Of a stretch of 64,000 nt of DNA, positions 48,340 to 62,700 are shown one piece after another. Source of the stretch: Sphagnum compactum. Its lineage: Eukaryota. A program made the position numbers and the translations under genes. Positions within the stretch are counted from its first letter, which is position 1; each line of letters starts with the position of its first letter. Location of the stretch: positions 17,350,213 to 17,414,212 of the forward strand of contig OZ234493.1 of the NCBI GenBank assembly GCA_965153455.1, given 5' to 3'. The notes under the pieces are model-generated. The model was not told the DNA's origin and made no database searches. It saw only the letters and a program-made list of their open reading frames with translations.

Positions 48340-51025
48340 TACAACCGACAAGTGAACACAATAAGTTATTTATGAAATTAAGAATAAACAAATAATCTGA
48401 CATTCATAGACATTCACAGACATTCACATGGCATTTACAAGTCCACTAGAATTTGAGGAATCCATCTCACTTGAGCATTGATTTAGTGTGATTAAATTAC
48501 ATGCATCGAGGTGAGGAGAAGAGAGTTCGCCAACAATTTGGTGACCAACGAGCCGACGGAATTACCAATGAGCACCGGGAAAAATCCAGCCCCCATCAAC
48601 ATTGCCTAACCAAACAGCTCAAAAACAATGTTCATGGGGCCTCCCCTAATAGCCTCAGAAATTATGCATGTGAGTGAGCTTTTGTTAAAATAGATTTCTA
48701 GATTATTATTCCTTACTAGTGGGTGCCTGTGGCCGATGGCCACCTTGAAGTCCCCCGTGGGTGCCCATGACCTTGGGCCACTGTGAAGTTTTATACGTTT
48801 TATTTTTTCTTATCTTTTACTCTTTATTTGGCCCCTACCCTGCCCGCCCTTTTATTTTTTCTTATCTTTTACTCTTTATTTGGCCCCTGCCCTGCCCGCC
48901 CTTTTATTTTTCCTTATCTTTTACTCTTTATTTGGCCCCTGCCTTGCCCGCCCTTTTATTTTTCCTTATCTTTTATTCTTTATTTGGCCCCTGCCCTTCC
49001 CGCACGGCCCTGCCCCCTGCCCTGCAAGACAGACGGACAGACGGACCCTGCCCTGCCCCCTGCCCCACCCTGCCCTGTCTGGCCGCCCGTTTTTCCGAAT
49101 CCCGTTTTCCGAATTTAGTTTTCCGAATCCCGTTTTTCGAATCCAGTTTTCCGCCGGTCCATTAAAACGCGGAACCATCGTCGGACGCACAGACACTGTT
49201 GTAATTATATACAAAAAAACTCTACTGTCCGCCTAGGACAGTCGCCATTTAATGTAAATTGATGGATGAAGGGATGGACGGATGGACGATGGGACGGACG
49301 GATGGATGGAAAGGATCATTTCATCTCGTCGTCTTTTATTATATATTATTCCTTATAAAAATTTCTTTTCCGGCAAATGTGACGACCAACCAATAAATGC
49401 AATAACATAATTATGAAATTAAGAACAAGACATTCACAGACATTCACATGGCATTTACAGGTCCGACAAAATTCCAGGAATCCATTTTAGTAGAGCATTG
49501 ATTTAGTGTGACTAAATTACATGCATCGAGGTTAACAGAAGAGAGCTTGCCAACAATTCGGTGACCAATCAGCCGACCGAATCACCAACGAGCACTGAGT
49601 AGAACCCGGCCCCCACAAACATTGCCTAACCAAACAGCTCAAAAACAATGTTCATGGGGCCTCCCCGAATAACCTCACAGATTGTGCATGTAATCCAGCT
49701 CCTCTTGAAATGGATTCCTAGAATTAATCCTTATAAAGAAAAGATCATCCGACGACCATGACAACCAACCAGTGAATGCAATAAAATAACCATGAGATTG
49801 AGAACAAACCTGGAATCATACGCACACAGCCATTCCCATGGCATTTACAGGTCCAACAAAATTCCAGGAATCCATTTCAGTAGAGCATCAATTTAGTGTG
49901 ACTAAATTACATGCATCGAGGTCAGCAGAAGAGAGCTCGCCAACAATTCGGTGACCAATCAGCCGACCGAATCACCAACGAGCACCGAGTAGAACCCGGC
50001 CCCCACAAACATTGCCTAACCAAACAGCTCAAAAACAATGTTCATGAGGCCTCCCCGAATAACTTCACAGATTGAGCATGTAATCCAGCTCCTCTTGAAA
50101 TGGATTCCTAGAATTAATCCTTATAAAAAAAAGATCATCCGACGACCATGACAACCATTCAATGAATGCAATAAGATAACCATGAGATTGAGAACAAACC
50201 TGGAATCATACGCACACACGCATTCCCATGGCATTTACAAGTCCAACAAAATTCCAGGAATCCATTTCAGCAGAGCATCGATTTAGTGTGACTAAATTAC
50301 ATGCATCGAGGCCAGCAGAAGAGAGCTCGCCAACAATTCGGTGACCAATCAGCCGACCGAATCACCAACGAGCACCGAGTAGAACCCGGCCCCCACAAAC
50401 ATTGCCTAACCAAACAGCTCAAAAACAATGTTCATGGGGCCTCCCCGAATAACTTCACAAATTGTGCATGTAATCCAGCTCCTCTTGAAATGGATTCCTA
50501 GAATTAATCCTTATAAAAAAAAGATCATCCGACGACCATGACAACCAACCAGTGAATGCAATAAGATAACCATGAGATTGAGAACCAACCTGGAATCATA
50601 CGCACACACGCATTCCCATGGCATTTACAAGTCCAACAAAATTCCAGGAATCCATTTTAGCAGAGCATCGATTTAGTGTGACTAAATTACATGCATCGAG
50701 GTCAGCAGAAGAGAGCTCGCCAACAATTCAGTGACCAATCAGCCGACCGAATCATCAACGAGCACCAGGTAGAACCCGGCCTCCACAAACATTGCCTAAC
50801 CAAACAGCTCAAAAACAATGTTCATGGGGCCTCCCCTAATAACCTCACAGATTGTGCATGTAATCCAGCTTTTCTTGAAATGGATTCCTAAAATTAATCC
50901 TTATAAGAAAAAGATTTTTCCGACAACCATGACAAGGAACCAGCAAATGCAATAAGATAACTATGAGATTAAGAACAAACCAAGAATCATGTGCACACAA
51001 ACATTCACATAGCATTTACAAGCAT
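48340..51025 (+). repeat. Tandem satellite, 390-bp monomer: 4 contiguous copies plus a diverged Helitron-interrupted copy
   Basis: ATGCATCGAG at 48501, 49521, 49911, 50301 and 50691; exact 390-bp spacing for the last four. Confidence 0.95.
48716..49345 (-). mobile_element. Non-autonomous Helitron-like element inserted into a satellite monomer
   Basis: The minus strand ends in hairpin GTGGCC-ATC-GGCCAC + AGGCACCCA + CTAG|T. The 5' region ATATAATAAAAGACGACGAGATGA..CCATCCATCCGTCC resembles the 20730 element. Four internal ~52-bp repeats at 48795-48995. It splits the monomer at CCTTA|TAAA. Confidence 0.7.
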
Positions 51026-52276
51026 TTATGGACATTTACAAGGACTTCGAAAGACGAAGCAAAGGTCATTGCCACGATGTACTTCTAAGAACTCGCGGAC
51101 TCTCTAGAAAGAACATAAAAGAAAGGGAAGAAGATATAACTCCTCGTCTTGTTTCACAAATACTCACCCGATCTCACAAATGCCGGTACTTCGGCATTTT
51201 AGAACCAGTGCAGCTCGAGGAGAATAAGGTTCACCTTCCTCGACTATTTCGGACACATTGTCCTGCAATACACAAGTATCAAAGACTCCGCGAAAGAACG
51301 CCACCACCTGTTTTCCATCTTGGACTGTAGTCAGAAAGTAATGACTACAAGAGCAACAACACTATCTTGACAACAACTTTTCAGAGCTAACACTGCTTCC
51401 TGAGGATTGGCATAAGCTAGATTGGAACATGCACATCAACTCTCAGTGAAAGCAGGAACTAGAGGCCACCAACCAACAGGTTTCTGAGATGGAAGGTTTT
51501 CAGAAACTGGGAAGTTTTTTGAGAAGGAGCATGGAGGGTGGAAAGGAAATTTGGGCAAGAAACCTGTGGTGCAAGTTCATGGATTCCTACTTTCTTAATG
51601 CTCTCACCCTTTCCATTGCATTGACGCACTATCAGAAGCAAAACACAAAACAAACCCATGAGCACATTATGAATGTCTAGCTCTATTCTCTCTAGAAGAC
51701 TCCGTGAGGGCAACAAGCATGGAAACGGCCAATAACAGAATAAAAACAGGGTTTAGTTCTCAAAGACGACATTAAGAAGTATTAAAACTGGAGTCACATT
51801 GCAATACAGCAGACAGTTTCCAAACTGCAACACTGGTTCACAAGATAACCTGGTCACTCATTCACACAGAAATCCAACCATGTGAACCAAAAGGCATCAA
51901 AAGACAGTGTTTCCCCATCATGGTAGCCATCAACAGACATGGCTTCAGAGTGACTCCTACAGAAAGATATGCAGGGCAAACTTTACAAATAGACACAGCT
52001 TCGCAATGTCCAATCAATTGTCGTCTTTGCATAATACAAGATCTCCTGCACAGGTGCCCATAACAAGCAGACAGAAAGAGGGAGGATGTAGTTTGTTGCC
52101 TATACCAGGCTTACAACCAGACAACCAGAGACAGAGAACAACAACAAGGTTTCATATACAACAACGAGGGAGAATTGGAAGAGATGGGGTTGCAATTGAC
52201 CGACAAATAAAGGCCTGTTTAATCAAGAAAGATGCAGAAAGGTTGAGGACAGTGATAGGGGAATGTGGGGACTCAC

Positions 52277-52609
52277 TCTGTCCTTCATCCTCCACTTGGA
52301 AACAACGCCACTCTCCAGCGGCCCAGCCAACGTGACTGGTTCCGCAGCATCATGCCGCAAGTCAGAAAGGTAGAGGTTATGCGGAAAGTGTGGCACGCTG
52401 GCTGCCGCCTCTACTCCTCCTCCTCCCCAGCGGCGCTGCTCCTCAGCAGTATGTTGTGCCTCCTCCTCCTCCACTCGCCCGGTTCCAGTAAGGTGGTCGT
52501 CCATGAGCTGCTGCGGAATTGACGGCAAGCGCCGTGCGGGACCTAAAGTGCCGCCTGAAATGCTTTCCAGGGAGCGCTGCCTACACAAAACAAAGTCTCC
52601 TAGCGCCAT
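52277..52609 (-). pseudogene. RAPTOR: RAPTOR (TOR complex 1 scaffold) first coding exon with its 5' region; the rest of the gene is not found
   Basis: MALGDFVLCR...PHNLYLSDLRHDAAEPVTLAGPLESGVVSKWRMKDR|GTGAGT matches the plant RAPTOR1 N-terminus (MALGDLM...LCELRHDA...VPKWRLKER). The following MKTGCVALVLCLN exon was not seen. Confidence 0.85.
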
Positions 52610-55600
52610 TCGCCCCCCGCCACCTCAAACCCCACCATATCCCACTCTAGTTTTTTTGGGTTTGTGTTGGAAACTCAACGCTCTTCTTCCACTGCCTCCC
52701 TCCTTCCACGGCACCTCAGATCGCTATGGAGGCATCCCAGCCGCGCCACGGAGCTGCAACAAAATTTTGAACAAGATGCTCTCTCTCTCTCTCTCTCTCC
52801 ACAGGGGTCTGATCTACAGGGTTTCAGCAAGGTTTGCATGAAAGGAAACTACGGCAGAGGACACAACATCTGGAGGCCGCCATTGCACAAAAGCAGACGG
52901 CTCTCGAGGTTCAAACATCTCCACGCTCTAAAATCGTGCTACAGGGACGGGAACAGTTCAACCCTTTTAACAAGGAGTTGTTTCTTGTCCTTTTCAGCTC
53001 TCCATCTTTATCCCCCTTCTTCGTTTCCTTCTTTGTTTGTCTCCTGCTTCTTCTTCTTCTTCTTCTTCGTCTCCTTTGGTCTTACAAAAATCCCACGCAC
53101 AGGCGGACAGGCAAGAAGGCAGCTAAACAGAAAGAGGTCTTTCCGGAACAGGAACGAAAAAAACCGAAAAAGACTTCAACAACGAGAAAAGAAACCCACA
53201 AAACAAAAAGCAGAGAACGTCGAGAAGCCCTACAAAACACATCTACTGTAAACTGTTTGTTTCTTGCAGCAACAGACAGAAGAAACGAACACAAAAATAT
53301 TTCCTCCCTTTTGTTGCGTTCCTTCCTTCCTTCCTCGACTTACATCTGTTTGTTTTTTATTCCTGCATTTCATCGGAGGAGTTTTTGTGGAGCAGTTTCG
53401 GCTTGAACTTCTTCCACGAATGATGATCCGTCCGTCACCAACATCAATAGCAACTCCCGTCCGTCCAACAAAACAGCAAAACATACACACAACGACAAAG
53501 AATTCCTGCCGGACGCCAGTGCACGGTACTGACACAACATACTAGGTGTGGAAGCGGGGGAACTCTGACACCGTAAGCAGGAACTGGAAGAAGATAAGAA
53601 AAAGCCCAGCAGCAAAGAAAAATGCTCAGTAAATAGGTAAACTCTACTGATAATTATTGTTTTTTAAAGTGTAATAAATTCGATTAATTTTGCTACAAAA
53701 AAATCATCGTCGTTTTTCAAACCAAAATGCTGTTAAAATTTCTGATAATTGAATTTTTAATTTTAATAAAATTTACTAACTTACTATTAAAAACTCGTAG
53801 TCTTTTTTCAAACCAATAATTCTGGTAAATTTTTGGACAATTGTATTTCGAAATGTAGTAACTTCACCTAATTTCCAATTAAAAAAACATCATTTTTCAA
53901 ACCAGAATTTTGGATGATTGTGTTTTTCGTGTAAAATATGACAATTTTTTCTTTTCTTGAAAAACATTCACCAAATTCTTTACATCACAAAATCTGGAAA
54001 AGAATAAAAACAGCCATAGTAGTTTTTTTATAAGTTTTTCAAAAGAATCCCTCACGTTTGTATCTTCTGTTTGTAAACCCTAAATTAAATTCTTTTTCTT
54101 TCTGTATTTCTTTCTCTCATTTTTTTTGGATTGGAAAAAAAAGCCACAAAGTTCCACAAGTTTTGAAGTTCCACATCAAACAAACTCAACTAAATTAAAA
54201 CTAGATAATTATGTTTACTTGTGTTACTAGACAGTTATGAGTACAGTGAGGTATACATGTACCTTATACTTAACTGGCCAAGTTTATTGAAAGCAGACTT
54301 TTTCTTGCTGGCCAATACAGCCAGAAAGCGAAAATTAAAAATTAAATAAACTAACTAAAGTTAAAAGTTTTTGTGTCTGGTGGTTCCAGTAAGTTGCCAA
54401 AAATATTATATGTTTTTTTACTATTATCATATTTATCTTGTAATCAAATTAGGCTAAATCCGCCTATGGATGACGGTTAGGTTGGCTATATCACAAAATT
54501 GACCCCAAAAAAAACGTTGGTTTGGGGAAAGAGAAAAAAAAAACCCGTTGGTGGCGCACATTAATAAGCAACATTGTCAGGAAATAAAGAAAGAAAAGCT
54601 AACCCGCACCCGATTAGGGAGCTTCTGTCGAAGTCGGGCTGGCAATTTTTTTTTTTTGGGAAGCACAACAACAGACGTGACCTTACAAGAACGAGCGCCC
54701 ACCAGCGCACCGTCCACTGGATGCCCGTTATATACACAGTTGTGGATGAACCTCAAATTGGGTTAACGTTTGGATTCACCTCAGTAACCAATTGTGTAGG
54801 AAATAGCTCTCACACATAGGTAGGTACGTAGGTAGGAAATTACTAGTTGAGTAGATGGTTTATACATGGGAAAGGGTTGTTTTTACTACCTACCTAATAA
54901 CAACCTGCTTGTGGGTTGTTAATAGGTAGGTAGGAAAAAAAAGGGCAACTGAGCTAACTACCATGGTTAGCTGTGGAACTCGAGCCCAACAGAAAACTGT
55001 TTCTGGAACACTTATCATTCATCCGTCATGCTGCATTGGCAGTTGCTGGTTCACCGTGGCCCCTTGATGTATCTTACTACTTATCCCCCAGCGAAAGTTA
55101 CTAAACGAGGTACTAACTGAACCAGGACTCTTGACGGGTGCCGGGTAGCAGGTGATGAGCAGAGGCGGGAAACTTGCAACCCGTTAACTTCCCCCGTCCG
55201 CGGCCGCGCCCTCGCCCGTGCGGTCCATTTCTGGGCGCATTGACCGATGGACCTGCTTTGTCCGACCGGCATGGCAACAAATTTGTCCCCATTTGGGCCC
55301 ACCACACAGGAGCTGACACGTCGTTATTTGGCCTCTCGAATTAGCCATTTGTAGCTGACCTTTTTAGTTGTACGTTCAATTTTATCGCCCAATGAGAACG
55401 CGCCAAGAAGTTGTGCGCCTCCAGATCGAGGAGTCCACCGGACTGGCACCAATGAGAAGGCGGCACCTGAACAAATGGGCTTTTCTTAGGTCGTTGGTTA
55501 CTATCTCCCTTGCTGGCTGTGTGTGAAAAGGGATTCAAATAGTTTCGCATTCAATTTGGGTAGGTAAGTGTGCCCTGGAATGGGCACGCAATTGACTGGA

Positions 55601-58600
55601 CGGAAAAGTGCGGGGTATCCTGGGATTTCATGGCCTAGGGGGAAAAATGATTTTTAAGGGTGAGGGCCAATCGACCTGCGCCAAATCAGCAAAACAGACC
55701 CCCCTTTGGCGCCATCTTAGATGGGAGGTTGCCCATTCGAAAGGTGTAAAAGGCTGAAAAATCAAAAGCCCGCGAAAAAGTAAACAAATACTTACGAGTT
55801 CGCACATAGGGAGCACAGAGATGATGAGGGCAAATTTTTTTGAACTGATGGACTGGGGTTAATTATGAACTGCCACTTCGGCTAGTTTTATTGGCATCAC
55901 TTTTGGCCATCTCCCATTATTTGGCCCCTTTTCGACCCCATTCACGAATAAATTGCCTTTGTTACACTTGCCAGTTCTTGAGTAGTGCCGTTTTATGGTA
56001 AGTGAATGTGAAACGTGTTAAAATTTGGCATCGAGCAACGTCTAGGGGCTTGGGGGTTGGCAATCAAGCCTTTGCTTCTCATCAAATCTGGGTAGTTCAA
56101 AACGGGCTTTTGGCCAGCTCTTTGTGAGGCCAAATTTGGCTCTTGACCAGATTTGTGACGGGAAAAACCATATTGGTATAGGTCAAATGGAAGGGAAAAT
56201 GTTCCCTCCACCCCCCCCTCTTTCGGGCCTTTGAGCTTTATGACCACTTGACCCTAAACCCTCTTTCTTTTCACTCCCATCCTCTTTTCTCGTGTTCTGT
56301 TGTCATAAAGTTTGGTGGGTTTACATCATTCGTCTATGGACATGGGGAAACCCATCCTATCACCTTTGCTGGACGTGTTCATGTTAGGAGTTCCCTCTTT
56401 AATGGTGATTGTCAATTGAGTTTGCGTCTAATGAATGATACGTTGTCAACGTCAGTAGTGAGAGAGAGATAATTAGATGGATGAATAATTTTAAGGTAAG
56501 CTTTCATTTATGTGATACTTTTAAGGTAGGTTTTAATACACATGGACCTCCAACATTTATTTTACATGCAAAAGGATATGCTTTGCATTTCAGGTCATGC
56601 TAGCAAAATATTCAGGAATTCATTGAAGTTGCTCTTGATTTTAAGGACCTTTTTTTGGTAGTAGGTCTTCACTGATATGTAACTTGTTTCTACCAGGGAA
56701 ATTTGCAAAGACTCGGAATATAAATATATATTTGAAATGAATTAAAACTGCCCCCTTTTGTGGAAGAGCCCGACCCTCCTTTATGAAGCTCCCCCGAGGG
56801 AGCCGTTGAGGAGGCTCGCGCCACCCAAACCAAAACCGAAGCCCGACGAAACGTTGGAATCTTCCCTGAAGTCATCCCATCTTTGGGCCTTTGTTCACCC
56901 CCCCCCCATCCTCTATTCGAGGGAGGTCGTAAAGAAAGGATATTTGAATAAATCTGGGTATGAAATGCTAAAACCCAGCATTTAATACACTAGGTTGGAG
57001 GTAATTAGGTTCTTTGATTTTCTGGGAACCGCTTGTGAAGGGTCCCGGGTACTCAAACCTACGCACTAGTTATTTTATTTGAAAAAGGAGAGAACCGCCC
57101 AACACTGGTTTAATATGGAGCACCCAAAAAACACAGATTTCAAGTGGGATCTTTTTTGTAGAACTCAAAATGGAAAAACGAGAAAGAAGAAGAGACAAAA
57201 CCCACTTAAGAAATAGAAATGCTTAGCGACAGGTGCATCACCCCAACATCAGGTAAAGTGGTGAAACCCTGCAAAAACTTTATTAACAAACACAGAGAAG
57301 ATTTCGAAATGTACGGTACAAAGGAATAATTAAAAAAGGAAAATGGAGAAGTTCCAGGATGTCAACTTAGTTCAGGTGAAGTAGTTTTTTTCTTTCGTGG
57401 CTCTGTCTCTCTGAGGGAGGAGGGACCACCCAATAATGTACCTAGTTTTCATTTGGTCCCACATTTTCAGGAATGTCCACCACGTGTCCTAACTTGTGAG
57501 ACTTCATGGAAACATTTCACCGAACTTGCCATAAGGGACAAGGTAATGTGGTTTTGTCTCAATAGGTAGTGTGTAGTTGCAAAGTAGATTACCAAAAGTG
57601 AGCGACTTGGGAGCTGCAAATCTAAAGTACGCACCTACTGGCTAAGTACGCACAAACCATGTAGGTTCAAGTTGTGTACTTAAGCGGGAGACTACTGTAG
57701 GCACAATCTTCTCCGGCCAAGGGGGGGGGGCAAAAATTGATGTGACGTGTAAACTTTTCATTGGCAATGATGTCAACATTCCAACAAATCGCATTGGTTC
57801 CGCCATCATATTTGGCACCCATTCGGACTTCAAGTCCCTTTCAAATGCAAGCGGATCATACCTTAAGGCCTGGTATACAAAATAATACCAATATGGGCCA
57901 TGTATCGGTGACCAAAAATAATCTACCCCATATTGGGGTTGTGTATCGACGATGGACGTGATCCAGGGGGCATTGGGAAAATGAAAATGATCTGCGCAAT
58001 TGGTGTTTTTCCTGGCAGTTAAAAGTGATATCAATAATGTGTGGATGACCAAAAATAATCCACATCGTCCATGCCTTACCAAAAAAGGATCCACCCTATG
58101 GAGTGAATATAAATCATCTCTTTCGTCCACGGGCGATTGAAAATGATCCACTACATCCACGGATGTTTGGAAATGATCTACCCCATCCAATCGGTCGATC
58201 GCAATGGTTACCATGTTATCGCGACCGCTGTGCCCTGGAAATTAAAATAGATGAGAAAAGTCAAAACATGCTGGTTTGGTGCAGCAAAATGGTTTTGGCC
58301 GGGCATTTTTGTACATTTTGCTGAGGCTGGTAAAAGGCACAACAAAGCCTCACACCTGCTCTTGATTGGCTAGATAGTTTGATTGGTCCGGATGGGTCGC
58401 TATTAGCACCCATTCCACCCATTTTCAGTGCTAGTTTTATAGGTATTCTTGAAAAAAATTGTAAACAACCAAAACTTGGATGCCATAAATATATTTTCAG
58501 GGTCACAAACTGAGCACCGCTAGAGATGCCCTTAAATGGAAAATCATAACAAATTTTTATCCCAAAAATGTTGAAGACTGTTAACCACCATTGCAGGATG

Positions 58601-59786
58601 AACAGCCACAGGATGCATTCTTGGGTTCTAAATAAGCAAAGCTGTATATGATGCCAGCAGACTCGCAGAGCTGGAGGGGAAGAAGATCTGCATCTGGCTT
58701 GAAGACTGGGTTTTTAAACATTGACTACAGTAGACTACCAATGCGTACCACTTACCGAACAATGAAGTGAAATGTGCTTGGTGGTTGGTACAAGCCGCCA
58801 CCGGTTGTACTGCAAGTCTATTGGCCAAGAATTTGCTTTTTTATCTGAAATTTGGGTTAAGAATGGTGAGCTCTCTATTGCATTTTCCAAAGCTAATATT
58901 GTGGCCACCATTGTTTAATGAATACCCCACCTCATGGGGATCTCCAGAATGCAACAATATGCATATATTGCTAGCGCATGCAGAGCGTGCCAACAACAAT
59001 GAAAACTTTGAACAGTAGGCGTTGTCTTTTATTGGAGCAACAACACTCTCATATATATATTTTTGTGCAAATGTTTTTCCTGGATAAGGCTTATCCAAAT
59101 TTGATTGTGGGTATTGATGCTCTAGATAGATTACAGCATTGATTTTTATCATTTCTAAACAATACAAGTATCGCTAGTTTTAATATTTAGTGGGCTGGGT
59201 TTGTCAAGTCCAAATTTAAGATTTTGCAGGTTAAATATATGCACTAAGAGGCCTCAATCAGGGGTTTGGATGAATTAGCACCTGCAAAGGTACTGTGGTA
59301 TAAACATTATTGCTTCTAAACATTATAAATACCTGCCTTGGATGAAGGAGCACCAACATTGATGCCATGGTCGAAATTTAAAAAATCATTTGAATCGTCT
59401 CTAAATATTACAAATATCCCATGATTAGACAAAACCACAGGCTCTGATTCCAAATCTAACATCTCTTGGGTTTTAATTTGGCCACTAACCTGCCTCACTC
59501 AAGAAGCTGAAGGTGACCAACCAGTTGTCAGTGTAGGCCACAAGTTGGCCAGGGTGAACCCGGCACCCATGTTGGTACCTTGACCTTTTTGAATGAGCCC
59601 TCTTAGTGGCCATATTAAGCCCAAAAAAATGTTAAATCTGAACTCGGACACCCTGATTTAGTCTAAGCATGGGATACTGTTAATGTTTAGAAATAATTTA
59701 AATGGACTAGCTTGGGTTCACCCAAAGGCTCTCAAGTCACTGTGTGCTTGTTGGTTGATTGAATATCATTGAAACTACTTAATTGC

Positions 59787-62700
59787 TAGATGGGAATTTG
59801 GAAAAGTTTCTCAGAGTCCACAATTTTTTTATCTAAACAATCAAGGCTTTGATACTAGTGTTGCCCTGTTATTGGGGAATTTTTTTAGAATAAATATGTT
59901 GGGTACTAATAGAGGGCACAATGACAGGCTATTTCAACCTACATGCCGAATCTCACTAGCAGCAACATTTATTTTGGAAAAAAAAAAAGGTGAGTTAGAG
60001 TTGCATAATAAGTCCAAGACCATATAATTCACAGGGCTCTTGTGAAAATACCCTCCAATCTCATTTGTATAGTTGAATCCATCAGAGACATGTCTGTGGA
60101 CATCAGCTGCAGAAGGCGTCCAGGTGGTGAAGAAGACTTGTGTATGCCAGTGATTTTGCAGCTGCTGCTGGCTTGTTTATCAGAGTGCCATGTGGCATCA
60201 TTTCAAACACTTCCAAAGTAAAGATTTATTTCTTTCGTCGCCTTTCTTTCACAGCACTTGAATGATTTTGTCATAATTACATGAAAAATCCTTAGTTACA
60301 TCGACAGTAAAAATATTAATACCTGTCATAATATTGGGCGCTAGGCCTACCTCCACTCCAGGTCCCAGAAGGGACCAACTAGTTGTTTCCAGCAACTACA
60401 AACACAGTGAATGATTGCTAGTCACAGTATGAGACTTGGAAAAAAAAAAACAGTACTGATTTGGGACAGTTCGACTATTTACAGGATCTTAACATACTGT
60501 TGTTCTCTAACGTTGTAGACCAAGCTGCCCAGAAAACTGAATACTACTTAGCCTACTACATGGGGGGGGGATAAACAAGGCACTAGCAGCAGCAGACATT
60601 GACATGGCATTTACATTGACATGGCATTATTTGTCTGAGGTACATAGGGTTCACTTTTCTTTACAAGTTCCTCAAATAGGTCCAATGGGGGGAGGGCCCC
60701 CCAACATTTACTACCATTGTTACTGGCAACTGTCATTTGAGGTGGGCTGTAGCATTTTTACAAAATGGGTGGGCCTAGGTCTAGATATGGGTTATTTATT
60801 TATTTTCATTACAAAAAAGGTCCGAAAAATGGCTAAAAAATCACCCAAGTCACTCCTGCCCACCAAGGATGTTCATTGCTTGGTTAAACAGGAAAAAACA
60901 TTTGTGCCATATAAAATTTCCCCCCCTTTTTTTTCATGGGCTTGAATGACCCAACACCCACCGGCGCACAAGCCACAAATCTTGTTTTAGGGTTCAAGGT
61001 GGAAAAACTTTTCTCCTGGGGAAATTAAAGAACGGGTCGGAGAAAATGGATAAAACATAATTATCAAAGAGGTATATAATATGGATTTGTATGGAAGAAC
61101 TTTAGCCGTATCACAAAATTAATCAAGAATTATTTTTTAAAGTCTGCTTTATTGGACCCCTCAAATGTTTCGGGTATACATGTGGACCACCCAAGGATTT
61201 TTATTTTTTTGTCTGTTTATGTTTTGTGAATATATTTAATAGGGTATAAATATTTAATGTTGTGCAAGGACATATTTTGTTTTGGGATCGTAATCATTTG
61301 CATCTTTTTAGAGTAGGAGTATTGCAGGATTCCTGCCCACCAAGGATGTTCATTGCTTGATTAAACAGGAAAAAAAAATTCGTGCCATATAAAATTTCCC
61401 CCCTTTTATTTTCCTGGGCGTGAATGACCCAACACCCACCGGCGCAGCAGCCACAAATCTCGTTTTAGGATTCAGGGTGGACGAACTTTTCTCCTGGGGA
61501 AATTAAAGAATAGCTCGCAGAAAATGGATAAAACAATACTTATCAAATTGAAAACCTTTACCATCAAAGAGGTATATAATATGGATTTGTATGGAGAACC
61601 TTGAGCCGTATCACAAAATGAATCAAGAATTGTTTATTGAAGTCCGCTTTATTGGACCCCTCAAATGTTTCGGATATACATGTGGACCACCCAAGGATTT
61701 TTTTGGGTCTATTTATGTTTTGTGAATACATTTAACAGGGTATCAATATTTAATGTTGTGCAAGGAATATTATTGGCTACCTAATACAACTTATCATAAA
61801 AGTTTGGCCAGTGTTTTATAAACTTTTTTTTACCACAAAGTTTGGCCAATTTGGGACCATTTATTTTCCATGAAAAATCCTTCAAATAGGTTGAAATTTG
61901 AAACCATATATTTCAGGTGCAAAATTGGCAATAAAACAAATCCCAGGTTTTAGGGTTTAGGGTTTTGGCAAGTAGGCAGTAGTATGTACATTACTACACA
62001 TACTGAGTAGGCCAATCACGTGGTTGCCCGAAAAAGAAACTAAAGAAATATAAAGCCTAAACCCCCCCTGCCGTGCCCCCCCCTCTTCCCTCTTCTACTT
62101 GCGAATGGTCGCCTTCTGTTATTTTTCGTCAAGCCTCACTCATTTTCGCCCTCTTCTTATTCGATTTTCCGTCGCTCGAATCATTCATTTTGTTAAGATG
62201 TCTTTTTTTTTACCAGCGGTTAAAATCGTTGAACTTTTTCCCTCAGCGAACGAATGTAAACGCGGAGAGCCCAGAGTCCGCTTTATCAGACCCCTCAAAT
62301 TTTTGAAAAATACATGGGAACCCCTTAGGGATTCTTTTTGTCTGTTTATGTTTTACGAATATATTTAACCAGGTATAAATATTTAATGTTGTGTAAAGAG
62401 GTATTTCGTTTGAAGATCGTCATCATTTGCATCATTTTTTAACAGGAGTATTGTAGGACTCGTGCCCTCCAGAGGATGTTCATTGCTTGATTGAATGGGA
62501 AAAGAAAATCGTGCCTTATGAAATTTCCCGGGTTTTTTTTTTTGTTTCCCGGGCTTGAATGACCCAACACCCACCACTGCCCCATCCACAAATCTTGCTT
62601 CAGGGTTTAGGGTTGACAAACTTTTCTCCCGGGGAAATTAATAAATAACTTGAAGAAAAGGGAGAAAATATGTTTGTAAAATTAAAAATCTATACCATAC

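Noticed and set aside
52664-53406. 190-195-aa ORFs
   Set aside because: Low-complexity CTT/GA-rich UTR- or promoter-like sequence with no domain.
54886-54933. 20-bp-stem hairpin CTACCTACCTAATAACAACC/GGTTGTTAATAGGTAGGTAG as a miRNA or terminator
   Set aside because: Built from low-complexity CTAC/GTAG repeats typical of small TE remnants, and too short for a plant pre-miRNA.
58595-59500. Coding-like stretches that may be further captured exons (similar ones at ~17040-17530, ~19200-20400 and ~240-400)
   Set aside because: They contain stops and I could not assign a family by eye; they need BLASTx.
41200-59800. Inverted repeats at ~41200-41450 and ~59550-59800 as TIRs of an 18-kb transposon
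   Set aside because: Further partial copies at ~42770, ~45440 and ~59200 and clear divergence point to a dispersed MITE-like family; no TSD was identified.
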